Shown here in pieces: positions 47,402-59,000 of a stretch of 64,000 nucleotides of DNA. A program made the translations under genes and the position numbers. The DNA is taken from assembly GCA_010909165.1 (NCBI GenBank), contig VJWM01000126.1, forward strand, positions 496,001 to 560,000. Reading direction: 5' to 3'. The notes beneath the pieces were generated by a model. It searched no databases. It was not told where the DNA came from and worked only from the letters and a program-made list of their open reading frames with translations. The number at the start of each line of letters is the position of its first letter. Position 1 is the stretch's first letter. The DNA comes from Anthoceros angustus (taxonomy: Eukaryota > Plantae > Anthocerotophyta).

Positions 47402-47814
47402 ACCTTCCTTTCATAAGTCAGGGTCTATATGGGCCAGAGGCGTTAGGGTGTGTTATACACGCCGTCCATGACTCCTGGCGGGCGGGCCTGTAAAACGCCG
47501 CGCTCCTGTCCTGGCGAAACCGGCAGCGAAGGCGGGATGGCGAAATTAAAAGCGAATGAAGCAAGTGTCTCGGAAGCAGGCGACTGTACCATCCATATAT
47601 CATCGCAACATTTGATTGGAGAACCCGTGCACGGCGCACGCAAACAGCTCGGTAGCAACCAAGATTTCTGGCAATCGCTCCTCGGAGTTCAGGAAGGCTG
47701 CTGTAAATCCATGGTATTTTGCCTCCTTCCTCAAGCCATCGTCTCCGGATCGTCTTCGTCGAAGTGTTTAACAGCTTCGTCCCCAGATAGATACAACTTT
47801 GAGCCTGCACAGAA

Positions 47815-48610
47815 ATGGCCATGGTTCGGATTGCCATGCTCACGTGCTGCGGCTCACCCTTGACCCTGAGCGGAATTGTGCCGAGATGGGCTGGCCAGAT
47901 GCGGGAATGCTGCCAGGTGAAGTGCACCAACGACGGATGCAACGACACGCCCACCACTGTCGTGATGACGGATCAGTGCCCGGGTGGCGTGGGAAGCCCC
48001 ATTTCGATCTCAGCGGCTCTGCATTCGGAAACCTCGCTGCCGCCGGCCGATCGTCTGACCTCGTCACGCTGGGCGGGTCCCGGCTGCTCCGGATACATCC
48101 CTGAGGCTGTAATGACAATGCAATGCTTCGAATAGACGATGGCATGGATGCGTTGCGCGCAGGGTGCCTTGCTCCTACGGTTCCCAGACTGTGGCATTCG
48201 ACATGGACGCGAATTGCAATCCCAATTGGGTCGCCTTCGTGGTCGAGTTTCAAGCAGGCGATGGAGATCTCCACTCTGTCGAACTCAAGGTTAGGAAAAG
48301 CTATGCATGGTGTCTCGGTTTTGGACACTGTTGATTACTCTTGGATGGCATTGGCTTTCATGAGTTGAAACCAGCCACAAGATCTCACATGTGGTGAATG
48401 TTGGGGTGGCAGGATGCGTCTTCAGCTTGGCAGGCAGTGAGTCACAATTGGGGAGCCAACTGGCAATTCTTCGGGAGCCTTAACGGCCCCGTTTCTGTTC
48501 GGCTCAAATCCTCCAATACTGCCGACCAAGTGCTGGTTGCCAAGGATGCCATTCCAGCTGACTGGACACCTGGCCACACCTACCAATACCAAGACCAGTT
48601 TAGCTACTAG
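47815..48610 (+). pseudogene. EXPB: Beta-expansin (EXPB-like), copy 4
   Basis: Near-identical; GGG instead of GGGG puts MAMVRIAML.. in frame with ECCQVKC; the frameshift before HFD remains. Confidence 0.85.
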
Positions 48611-49168
48611 GAAAATTTGATGCACCGCACATTTGGGGTCCGGGTCCTGCATCCAGTGCGCCCACAATCAAAGCTTGGGTGCATTTGTACGTAGTGCTTT
48701 TCAAACTGTACTATTATTCTAAAATTACATTATTCTCACATTCCTGATTCTGTGTTTGAGGGAAACAACAGCAACCCATCTTCAACTTACCAGCAGTGTT
48801 ACCAGTTTTTTGACGGAAACACTAGCTTATTGGCTTCAAGTAATTTACAGGCCTGTCCAGCAGTTCAAGCTTATTGAAAGAATGATAATGACCCATCCAG
48901 CTTCACAAATGTTCCAAGTGTCTCGGAAGCAGGCGACTGTACCATCCATATATCATCGCAACATTTGATTGGAGAACCCGTGCACGGCGCACGCAGGCAA
49001 GCTCGGTAGCAACCAAGATTTCTGGCAATCGCTCCTCGGAGTTCAGGAAGGCTGCTGTAAATCCATGGTATTTTGCCTCCTTCCTCAAGCCATCGTCTCC
49101 GGATCGTCTTCGTCGAAGTGTTTAACAGCTTCGTCCCCAGATAGATACAACTTTGAGCCTGCACAGAA

Positions 49169-49959
49169 ATGGCCATGGTTCGGATTGCCATGCTCACGTG
49201 CTGCGGCTCACCCTTGACCCTGAGCGGAATTGTGCCGAGATGGGCTGGCCAGATGCGGGAATGCTGCCAGGTGAAGTGCACCAACGACGGATGCAACGAC
49301 ACGCCCACCACTGTCGTGATGACGGATCAGTGCCCGGGTGGCGTGGGAAGCCCCATTTCGATCTCAGCGGCTCTGCATTCGGAAACCTCGCTGCCGCCGG
49401 CCGATCGTCTGACCTCGTCACGCTGGGCGGGTCCCGGCTGCTCCGGATACATCCCTGAGGCTGTAATGACAATGCAATGCTTCGAATAGACGATGGCATG
49501 GATGCGTTGCGCGCAGGGTGCCTTGCTCCTACGGTTCCCAGACTGTGGCATTCGACATGGACGCGAATTGCAATCCCAATTGGGTCGCCTTCGTGGTCGA
49601 GTTTCAAGGCGATGGAGATCTCCACTCTGTCGAACTCAAGGTTAGGAAAAGCTATGCATGGTGTCTCGGTTTTGGACACTGTTGATTACTCTTGGATGGC
49701 ATTGGCTTTCATGAGTTGAAACCAGCCACAAGATCTCACATGTGGTGAATGTTGGGGTGGCAGGATGCGTCTTCAGCTTGGCAGGCAGTGAGTCACAATT
49801 GGGGAGCCAACTGGCAATTCTTCGGGAGCCTTAACGGCCCCGTTTCTGTTCGGCTCAAATCCTCCAATACTGCCGACCAAGTGCTGGTTGCCAAGGATGC
49901 CATTCCAGCTGACTGGACACCTGGCCACCTACCAATACCAAGACCAGTTTAGCTACTAG
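49169..49959 (+). pseudogene. EXPB: Beta-expansin (EXPB-like), copy 5 (local 1.35-kb duplication)
   Basis: Duplicate of copy 4 across the CAAGTGT junction at 48915-48921. Confidence 0.85.
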
Positions 49960-50725
49960 GAAAATTTGATGCACCGCACATTTGGGTCGGGTCCTGCATC
50001 CAGTGCGCCCACAATCAAAGCTTGGGTGCATTTGTACGTAGTGCTTTTCAAACTGTACTATTATTCTAAAATTACATTATTCTCACATTCCTGATTCTGT
50101 GTTTTGAGGGAAACAACAGCAACCCATCTTCAACTTACCAGCAGTGTTACCAGTTTTTTGACGGAAACACTAGCAAATTGGCTTCAAGTAATTTACAGGC
50201 CTGTCCAGCGGTTCAAGCTTATTGAAAGAATGATAATGACCCATCCAGCTTCACAAATGTTCCAAGTGTATCTCATCCTGCATTCGAGCTCAGGTATTCA
50301 GTAATGGACAAACAGAAGCCTCACATCCGCCCAACTGTGAGTTCACACAAGGCTGTAGGGCTGTACCTGACCGAAACCTGAAGACTTCAGTGAAGGCTCG
50401 GATCTTGTGTCAGGTGCTCAGGCACACTTCTTCTGATAACTGCAACGACATGCTGAACAGGAAAAGATTTGTTAGCAGTCCCACCAAAGAAACTAATGCC
50501 TGAAGGCAAGAATACGAATCAAGCGTTGTTTGAGGTTAGGAGGTTGCGGAACTCATGTTAGAAGAACCGCCATATGTATGTATGTACTGAAAGCAGAGTG
50601 TTTCCGCTCCACATACGGTTGGTTACGCTTTCCCGCACCTCGTGCTCCTTCCTGCAATATTAAATCCTCACGATCCAATCCAACTTTCAACGTCCGATTT
50701 GGGTTTAATTTGGGGTCCCCTGAGG

Positions 50726-50920
50726 TGGGGTGCGCCAGGCAATGGAAGTAGTGCAAGCCCAAAGCGACGCTCGAGGAGCCGTGGTAGCAAGCTACCACTT
50801 GAGGCTCCTCGCCCGAGAAATTAGATTAATATCATGTGGGTCGATGACCCACGTATCAGATATTAAACTGATAAGAACAGATACTACACTTGATCTTAGC
50901 CAAAAGGCCGAGAAAGGTAT
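50726..50920 (-). ncRNA. U2: U2 snRNA, type A
   Basis: Full U2 with USE+TATA. Confidence 0.96.
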
Positions 50921-51646
50921 ACCTCCATCTCGCAGGTCAGGGTCTATATGGGCCAGAGGTGTTACGGTTTGTTCCCTACCGATATGGGGTAATACCTATA
51001 TGGTTATCGTTTCGTTTGACACTAGCTGGTCTTGAGGTCCTCTCAACGCTTTGCTTCTATGTTTTTTCGTGGGTACCCAATAAGAAACCGTCTCCACTAT
51101 CCTTCATCGCTAGTATGTAGTGGGCATCTGCTACATTTTGTTGTCTGCAAAATTGTTGCCATAGCTGCTCTGCTCACGGAGACCCGTCCCCACCCACAAA
51201 TTTTAAGGAAGTGGGCTGGGCTCCTTACCTTGCTGCACCTAGAGGCTTGGTTGTTTGTCAAGGCTTGAATCCCAAAGTGAGGTGAGCGGGAGCTCTAAGT
51301 AGAATCCCTATAGACACTGATTTGTTCGGTCCACAACAACGGGTCCGATTGCCACCTGCAGCCCATCGTTGGCCATCGTTCGGGGCCACAGTCGGAAGAT
51401 GAGACTAAAACAATCAGCGCCCTTTGCCCTCCATCCGTGGCAATCCCATTTCGCGGACATCGGCACTTCTTTACCGAGAAGCCTTTTTATGCGGATATGG
51501 CCATCTTGATTCCGGGCCCTTATCTTTGCCCGTGCCTTTCCTCATTACGTGCCGGTCTCGACCATCTCAAGGATTACTTACCCCAAAGGATCCCTCTAGG
51601 CGATTCTGGGCTGTTTCTTTTGGCGGCTGCGGTGGCAAAGGGAGAT

Positions 51647-52273
51647 CACTACTAGGAAAAGTATCCTTTACAACGAGTTTTACAACGAGTTTTACAACAC
51701 TTTTAGCGACCGTTGTAAAATTGTTGTTGTAAACACCCATAGTAATATCGTTGTAAAAGCGTCAAGCGTATATACTACATAAGCGTATCGTCCTTGCATA
51801 TAGTATCTGAGCATGGTATACCTTGTGTAAAATGGACCGTTGTAAATATTCTAAATCCTTGTAAATTCTACCATTGTAAGTTATGTATGCGTTGTAAATA
51901 TAGATGGCCTTGTTATTGAAACCATTGTAAATTGAGCCCTTGTAAAAACTTTGTACCATTGTAAATATCTCCGAATTCAAACTATTGTAAATAACAATAA
52001 ATTAACCCATTACAAACTCCAATATTGTCAATAAAATATACTATTGTAAAAGCGTTTCCGTCAAATGCAAACCCTTGTAAAAATGTATACCATTGTAAAT
52101 TCTCTTTTGTAAATATTTCCCCAAAATTCAAATCTTTGTAGATAATTCAACCCATTGTCAATTACATTGTTGTAAAGAGTTTACGCCTTTGTAGATTTCT
52201 CCTTCAAAATTCAAAACATTGTTAATAATTTAAACCAATATAAATTCGACGTTGTAAATAATTTAGGTCATAC
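51647..52273. mobile_element. CACTA terminus with subterminal repeats, unit IV
   Basis: CACTACTAGGAAAAG at 51647. Confidence 0.88.
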
Positions 52274-53004
52274 TAAATAGTAAATAGTAAATAGTAAATA
52301 GTAAATAGTAAATAGTAAATAGTAAATAGTAAATGGAAAAAAAACCCATCCGGAGGGGACAATCGAAGGGGACCGAGGGGTCGGCGTGGAGAGAACAAGC
52401 GAGCTCCCTACCTAAAGTCACACCTCTGATATGTCATATGCGGGAAGAATAGGCACGCAAACCACGGAGAGTAGAGGAAGATGTGTCACACAGCATCGAC
52501 TCTTCAATTCCATACTGCAGCAATTAGATACGTTCCACATAGTTAAAGCCTTCATCTTCTTCCCATTTGAGTGCTTACATTGTTGTAAAGAGTTTACGCC
52601 TTTGTAGATTTCTCCCGCCAAAATTCAAAACATTGTTAATAATTTAAACCAATATAAATTCTGACGTTGTAAATAATTTAGGTCATACTAAATAGTAAAT
52701 ACTAAATAGTAAATAGTAAATAGTAAATAGTAAATAGTAAATAGTAAATGGAAAAAGCCCATCCAGGAGGGGACAATCGAAGGGGACCAGGGGGTCGACG
52801 TGGAGAGGAGCAACTGAGCTCCCTACCTAAAGTCACCTACTGCACCCACAATGTCATATCGGGAAGAATAACAGGCACGCAAACCACGGAGGTAGAGGAA
52901 GATGTGTCACACAGAGCATCGACTCTTCAATTCCATACTGCAGCAATTAAGTCGTTCCACATAGTTAAAGCCTTCATCTTCTTCCCATTTGAGTGCTTAC
53001 ATTG
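52162..53004. repeat. Local ~420-bp tandem duplication (subterminal zone, heptamer tail, CRE UTR)
   Basis: Junction TTACATTG at 52575-52582. Confidence 0.88.
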
Positions 53005-56000
53005 AACCATCCAAGGCGGTGTCCACTCTCCTTCCAATATGCATTCAACTTCTTGACCATGAACCAGGTTTGGGCCTTCCAGTAGCAATCTCCATTGTGG
53101 GGCTCTTACCAAACCTACCTTCATCAGCCACAAAGACCTTTTGAACTCCATTGCCAAAATGAGCGAAAGGTTTGATCCTGCTTTATCCACCTTACTGGAT
53201 GGGGCCACTATCCCGTCCCTCTTGTCACGTTCTCCTTCAAGAAAATCTGCTACTGCTCCTCCTTCACAGATTTGGGCCTCACCTTCTTGACTCCATCCAA
53301 AAAGTTCCTAGCTTCTTGTGGACTACGGACTTCCCTGGGGGGTTAGAAATTAGGTAGGATTTTGTTTTTTTTGTGGGAGCGAAGGATAAAATGAGGCGAA
53401 AAAGGAGGAAATAAGCCCGGTTAGCACTCCGGACGGCACTCGGAGTATACTCTGACTCGGAGTGAGGAACGACTAGACCTCGATGGCGGCGCATAAGGTA
53501 ACGGGTAAGTCCGACCCACCTGTGACCAAGGTGATAAGTACGCCAGTGAAAGTAACTTAGAAGTTGGGCGTAAGGACGGACTAGGGCGACGCCACGTGGG
53601 CGACCACAGTGGAGGGCGGGCATGCGCCGGGTCAGACTGTAATGCTGTGAGGCCGTTATAGCGGTATTCACGCCCGCGGGCCGCGGCGCGAGGCCGCAGT
53701 ACGGGCGAGTAAGGCCGAGCACGCAGCAGAGGGGCCGGTAAGCCATGCACTGCCACGGACAGGAAGAGGCGCCCCGCCCAGTTACTCCGGCGTGGTCGCG
53801 GAAGAAGGTCTCACGCAGCCTGAGACACTCGCGATCTCGCGCCCGCAACCGCTCGCGGTATCTCGGGACACTGACGCTCGCGCGGCTCACCGCTGAGGTC
53901 GAGAAGCGAACGCGCGAAGGAGGCTCAACGCGCTGCCAGCCTCCAAGCGGCCGAACCAAGGAGGAGAAGGCGATGGCACCCAAAAGCCAGCGGAAGTTTG
54001 GGAGCCATGGAACCTTGTGGAGCGCAACATTGTGACCCGCGCTATCCGGACTTTGGGCCTGCCCAGGAAGCGGAGAATTGGTGCAGGAGTGGCATTTGGA
54101 TGTGTTCCAAATGGTCCGACATTTGACAAGGTCACCGTCCGGAGTTTGCCCAAGATGTCGGGCGGTCAACAAGGAGGTGCGGTCCAAGAACCTCCGGAGG
54201 ACCCAAGGCGATGGACCTTGGAGGTCTGGCGGCCTAGCCCAAGGAGGAAGAGGGGAGGGTGCCGAGCCCTCAAGGCGAAGGGAAGATAGGTCCAGACAGA
54301 GCCGGCGCTAAGGCGGACGCAACGACCACCAACGGGTCGATATCCGACCGCTGGATGGGGGCCGGTGGCCCGGATCATCGCCCATCGAACCTACTCACCA
54401 AGGTGGATCACCTTGGTGATAATCTATTGGTGTTCCCGCGCGCTGCGCCGGGGAAGAGGGCGACTGGGAAGGATTATCTTCGCCCGGTTTAGCGAGGCTC
54501 AAGCTCGGGGCGAAGCCTCGCCATCTGGCCCCCCATACCGATCCATGTATGGGGCATTTCAACTCCTCAAGGAAGGAGAGCTTGAGCGAGCCCAAAGGAC
54601 TGAGGCCTCAAGTGGAGCGGCAAGGGCGCCGAGGCGGGAGGCGGTCGTCGAAAACCAAACGGACTGGAGGAGGACGATCGAGGATTCCTGACTCCATACG
54701 GAACGGACCCCTCACCACCCAGTATGGGAAGCAATTCCCGCCTCCCTCAGGTGCCCCAACCCAGGCAGCCCGATCCGGCGAGGCGGCCCAGGCCCGGCCC
54801 CGCCAGCCATCACTCGGTGAGGCCGGACAGGAGAGGCCGAAGCGCAAGACCACGGCCTGTGCGGCACCCAGTCGGTGCAGTACCTCTTCCCTGCGGGTGG
54901 CAAGCGGAGGAAGCGATGGGAGGCGAGAAAGGGGCCAGCGCGAGGCGAGAGGACAGCGGCGGCGCATCGAGGCAGTCTGTCGCCCGGGAAGGGGCAAAAG
55001 GCGTGCTCCGGACTCCATCACCTCCGCCGAGCCCTGTGGAGGAAAGGGCGAGAAGGAGCTGCGCCAAAGGGCCAAGGAGGGGAAGCTCCGAGCCAGACTC
55101 GTGACCTAAGGGTCCCGATTGTCCGAGAACCCACCCCGACTTGCTCGGATCATGGTATGGAGGTCCTTGACGGACCGTGAGATGCCGGCCCCGCCACGGA
55201 CTTTGTGGGAGCCTCACTCAGCAGGCCGTGGAGGAAACACGGCGGTCCTGCCACCGCCATGGACGGTATGCCTGGGGTCTCGGGATGGCCGAGAAGGCCT
55301 GTGGAGGTGGAAGCCACCCGAGGCGCATGGTGCTCCTCCGTGAGCAGCTGGAGGAGCCCAGAGGCGAGAAGGAAGGCCAAGCCTCAGATTGAGGAAGGAA
55401 AACGCCGGAGGCGGAGAGGGAGGTCCGTCCATCCGCAAGGACCGGACTAAATTCCTTCACCGAGGAACAAGCAGCAAGGAGGCCCAAGCGCGGGCGGAGG
55501 ACCTCTGCAGGCAGAGGGGCGAGCGCAACAGAAGCGAGGCGCCGGCGCAAGAACGGGCGCGGATCTCGCGAGGCAGCCTGACCGACCAGAGCCAAGCTCG
55601 AGAGGCTCAGGTGAAGGTGGCCAAGGAGGCGGAGGCCACGGCGAAGGCCGATCGCGATCACTATCGGCGTGATCGGAACCGGTGGAGGCGGCCGAGAGCC
55701 GCGCCAATCAAGGCCGAGCAAGTGGTCATGGAGCAAGCACGGCCGAGCCGTGAGGAGGCATCGGAGGCCAGACCCGGGAGATTGGGGACCCCTCAGCACT
55801 GCAGGAGGTAGAAGGCGGAGGAGGCGGAGGACAACAAGGACACCTTGGAGGTCTGGCGGCCTAGCCCAAGGAGGAAGAGGGGAGTGGTGCGGGCCCCTCA
55901 AGGCGAAGGGAAGATAGGTCCGACCACGGCGATGCTAAGGCACAGGGCCAGCGGACCCTGTGTTGGGCGATATCCTGTTGGGCGGTCGAGTCGAGGCGGT

Positions 56001-59000
56001 GGCGGATCGCCGTCCTTTGGAACCTACCAAGGTGGATCACCTTGGTGATAATCTAATAGTGTTCTGCAGCGTTGCGGGGAAGAGGTGAGGAAGGATTATC
56101 TTACGGTTTAGCGAGGCTCAAGCTCGGGGCGAAGCCTTCGCCATCATCCCCATACGATCCATGTATGGGGCATTTGAACTCCTCGGGAAGGAGCTTGCGC
56201 TCGGGAAAGGGCTGGAGGCCCTGGGAAGTGGAGGCGGGCAAGGCCGGAGGAGGCAGTCGTCGAAAACCAAGCGGACTCGGGAGGAGGCGGGGAGGGATTC
56301 GGACTCCATCGTGGGCGGACCCCTCACCACCCAGTATGGGAAGCAATTCCCGCCTCCTCCTTCCGTGCCCCAACCCAGCAGCCGATCCCGAGGCGGCCCG
56401 GCCGGCCCGCCATGGCCATCACTCGGTGAGGCCGGACCGGGAGAGAGAAGCGCAAGACCCACACGGCTGTGGCGGCGAGTCGGTGCAGTACCTCTTCCCT
56501 GCGGGTGGCAAGCGGAGGAAGCGATGGGAGGCGAGAAGGCCGAGGCGGAGGACAGCGGCGCATCGAGCCGGTCATCGCGCGGCGGGGAAGGGGCAAAAGG
56601 CGTGCTCCGGACTCCATCACCTCCATGAGCCCGGGAGAAAAGGCGGAGAAGGAGCTCATGACCAAAAGGGCCAAGGAGGAAGCTCGAGCTCGGCCTCGGG
56701 ACCTAAGGGTCTGATTGGGTCGGAGAACCCGGTCGGACTTACTCGGGCTGGTATGGAGGTCCTTGACGGACCGTGAGATCACTCCGCTCACGGACTTTGT
56801 GGGAGCCTCAGGCGGCCGTGGAGGAAACACGGCGGGTCACAGCTACCGTCATGGACGGTATGCTCTGGGATCTGTGGGATGGCCGAGAAGGCCGGAGGTG
56901 GAAGCCACCGGGCGCATGGTGCTCCTCCGGGAGGCGGAGGCTGGAGGCCAGGCGAGAAGGCGGCTCTCGGCGGATTGAGGAAGAAGCGGGAGGCGGAGGG
57001 AGGTCTGGTCCATCGCAGGCCGGACCAAATTCCTTCAGTGGAGGAGCAGTGAGCGAGCCAAGGAGGCGGGCGGAGGACCTCTGCAGGCGGAGGAGAGCGT
57101 CGGCGGCGAAGGAAGGAGAGCTTGAGCGAGCCAAGGAGGAGGCGGAGGACCTCGGGAAGGAGGCGGCCGTGGACGAGCCAAGGCTGGAGGCTCGGTGAAG
57201 GTGGCCAGGAGGCGGAGGCCACGGCAGCCGATCGCGATCACTCGGCGTGATCGGGCCGGTGGAGGAGGCGGCCGGAGCCAATCGAAGGCCGAGCAGTGGC
57301 GCGGAGCAAGCAGTCGGCCGTGAGGAGGCAGGCCGGCACCGGGAGATTGGGGACCTCGAGTGCAGTGCGGGAGGTAGAAGAGGCTGGAGGACAAGGACAC
57401 CTTGGGTTGCAACTCCAAGATGCACGGAGCAGCAGGGTTCTCAGCGAGAATCCAAGACTTCGAGCGAGAGGTGGAACGCCCAGCCCGCTTGAAGACGGAG
57501 GAGAATAGGCGCGGTGCAAGGAGTTCGACGCCGCAAGGTTGCAGCAGGATGGCGGAGCCTGACGGGGATACCGCCCGCCTGGAGAAGGAAGTGGAGGACC
57601 TCCGGAAAGAATAGACGGAGGGAAGAAGGCGGGGAGGAAGGATTATCTTCGCCCGGTTTAGCGAGGCTCAAGCTCGGGGCGAAGCCTTCGCCATCATCCC
57701 CATACGATCCATGTATGGGGCATTTGAACTCCTCGGGAAGGAGCAGCGGCGCTCGGAAAGGGCTGGAAGTGGAGGCGGGCAAGGCGGAGGAGGAGGCGGT
57801 CGTCGAAAACCAAGCGGACTCGGGAGGAGGCGGAGGAGGATTCGGACTCCATCGTGGGCGGACCCCTCACCACCCGAAGTATGGGAAGCAATTCCCGCCT
57901 CCCTCCTCAGTGCCCCAGCAGGCCGATCCAGCGAGGCGGCCCAGGCCCGGCCAGGCGGCCCGGCCATCACTCGGTGAGGCCCCGCCGGACGGGAGAGAAG
58001 CGCAAGACCACGGCTACCAGCGGCAGTCGGTGCAGTACCTCTTCCCTGCGGGTGGCAAGCGGAGGAAGCGATGGGAGGCGAGAAAGGCCGAGGCGAGAGG
58101 ACAGCGGCGGCGCATCGAGCAGTCTGTCGCCCGGCAGGAAGGGGCAAAAGGCGTGCTCCGGACTCCATCACCTCCGGAGCCCGGGAGAAAAGGCGGAGGA
58201 GGAAGGAGCTCATGACCAAAAGGGCCAAGGAGGAAGCTCGGGCTCATCGGGACCTAAGGGTCTGATTGGGTCGGAGAACCCGTCCGGACTTACTCGGCTG
58301 CGGTATGGAGGTCCTTGACGGACCGTGAGATCTCCCTACGGACTTTGTGGGAGCCTCTCCACGGCCGTGGAGGAAACACGGCGGGTCACAGCTACCGTCA
58401 TGGACGGTATGCTGCAGGATACATGCGGGATGGCGAAGGCCGGAGGTGGAAGCCACCGGGCGCATGGTGCTCCTCCGGGAGGCGGTTGGAGGAGCCGAGG
58501 CGAGAAGGAAGGCAGCTCGGCGGATTGAGGAAGAAGCGGGAGGCGGAGAGGAGGTCTGGTCCATCGCAGGCCGGACCAAATTCCTTCAGGAGGAGGCAGT
58601 GAGCGAGCCAAGGAGGCCCAGCGGAGGACCTCTGCAGGCGGAGGAGGCGGTTGGAGGAGGAGGCGGCCTTGGCGCAAGCGGGGCAGGCGCGGATCTGGAG
58701 GCGGCCGTGGACGAGCCAAGGCTCGAGGTGAAGGTGGCCAGGAGGCGGAGGCCACAGCGCCGATCGCGATCACTATCGGCGTGATCGGGCCGGTGGAGGA
58801 GGCGGCGGCAGCGAAGGCCGAGCAAGTGGCAGCAAGCAGTCGGCCGTGAGGAGGCTGGAGGCCCGGCCACGGGAGATTGGGGACCTCGAGTGCAGTGCGG
58901 GAGGTAGAAGAGGCGGCGGAGGCTGGAGGACAACAAGGACACCTTGGGTTGCAACTCCAAGATGCATCGGAGGCGGGGGTTCTCAGCGAGAATCCAAGAC

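Larger units (their letters stand above)
47562..50269. repeat. Local 1354-bp tandem duplication of EXPB
   Basis: Junction CAAGTGT at 48915-48921. Confidence 0.92.
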
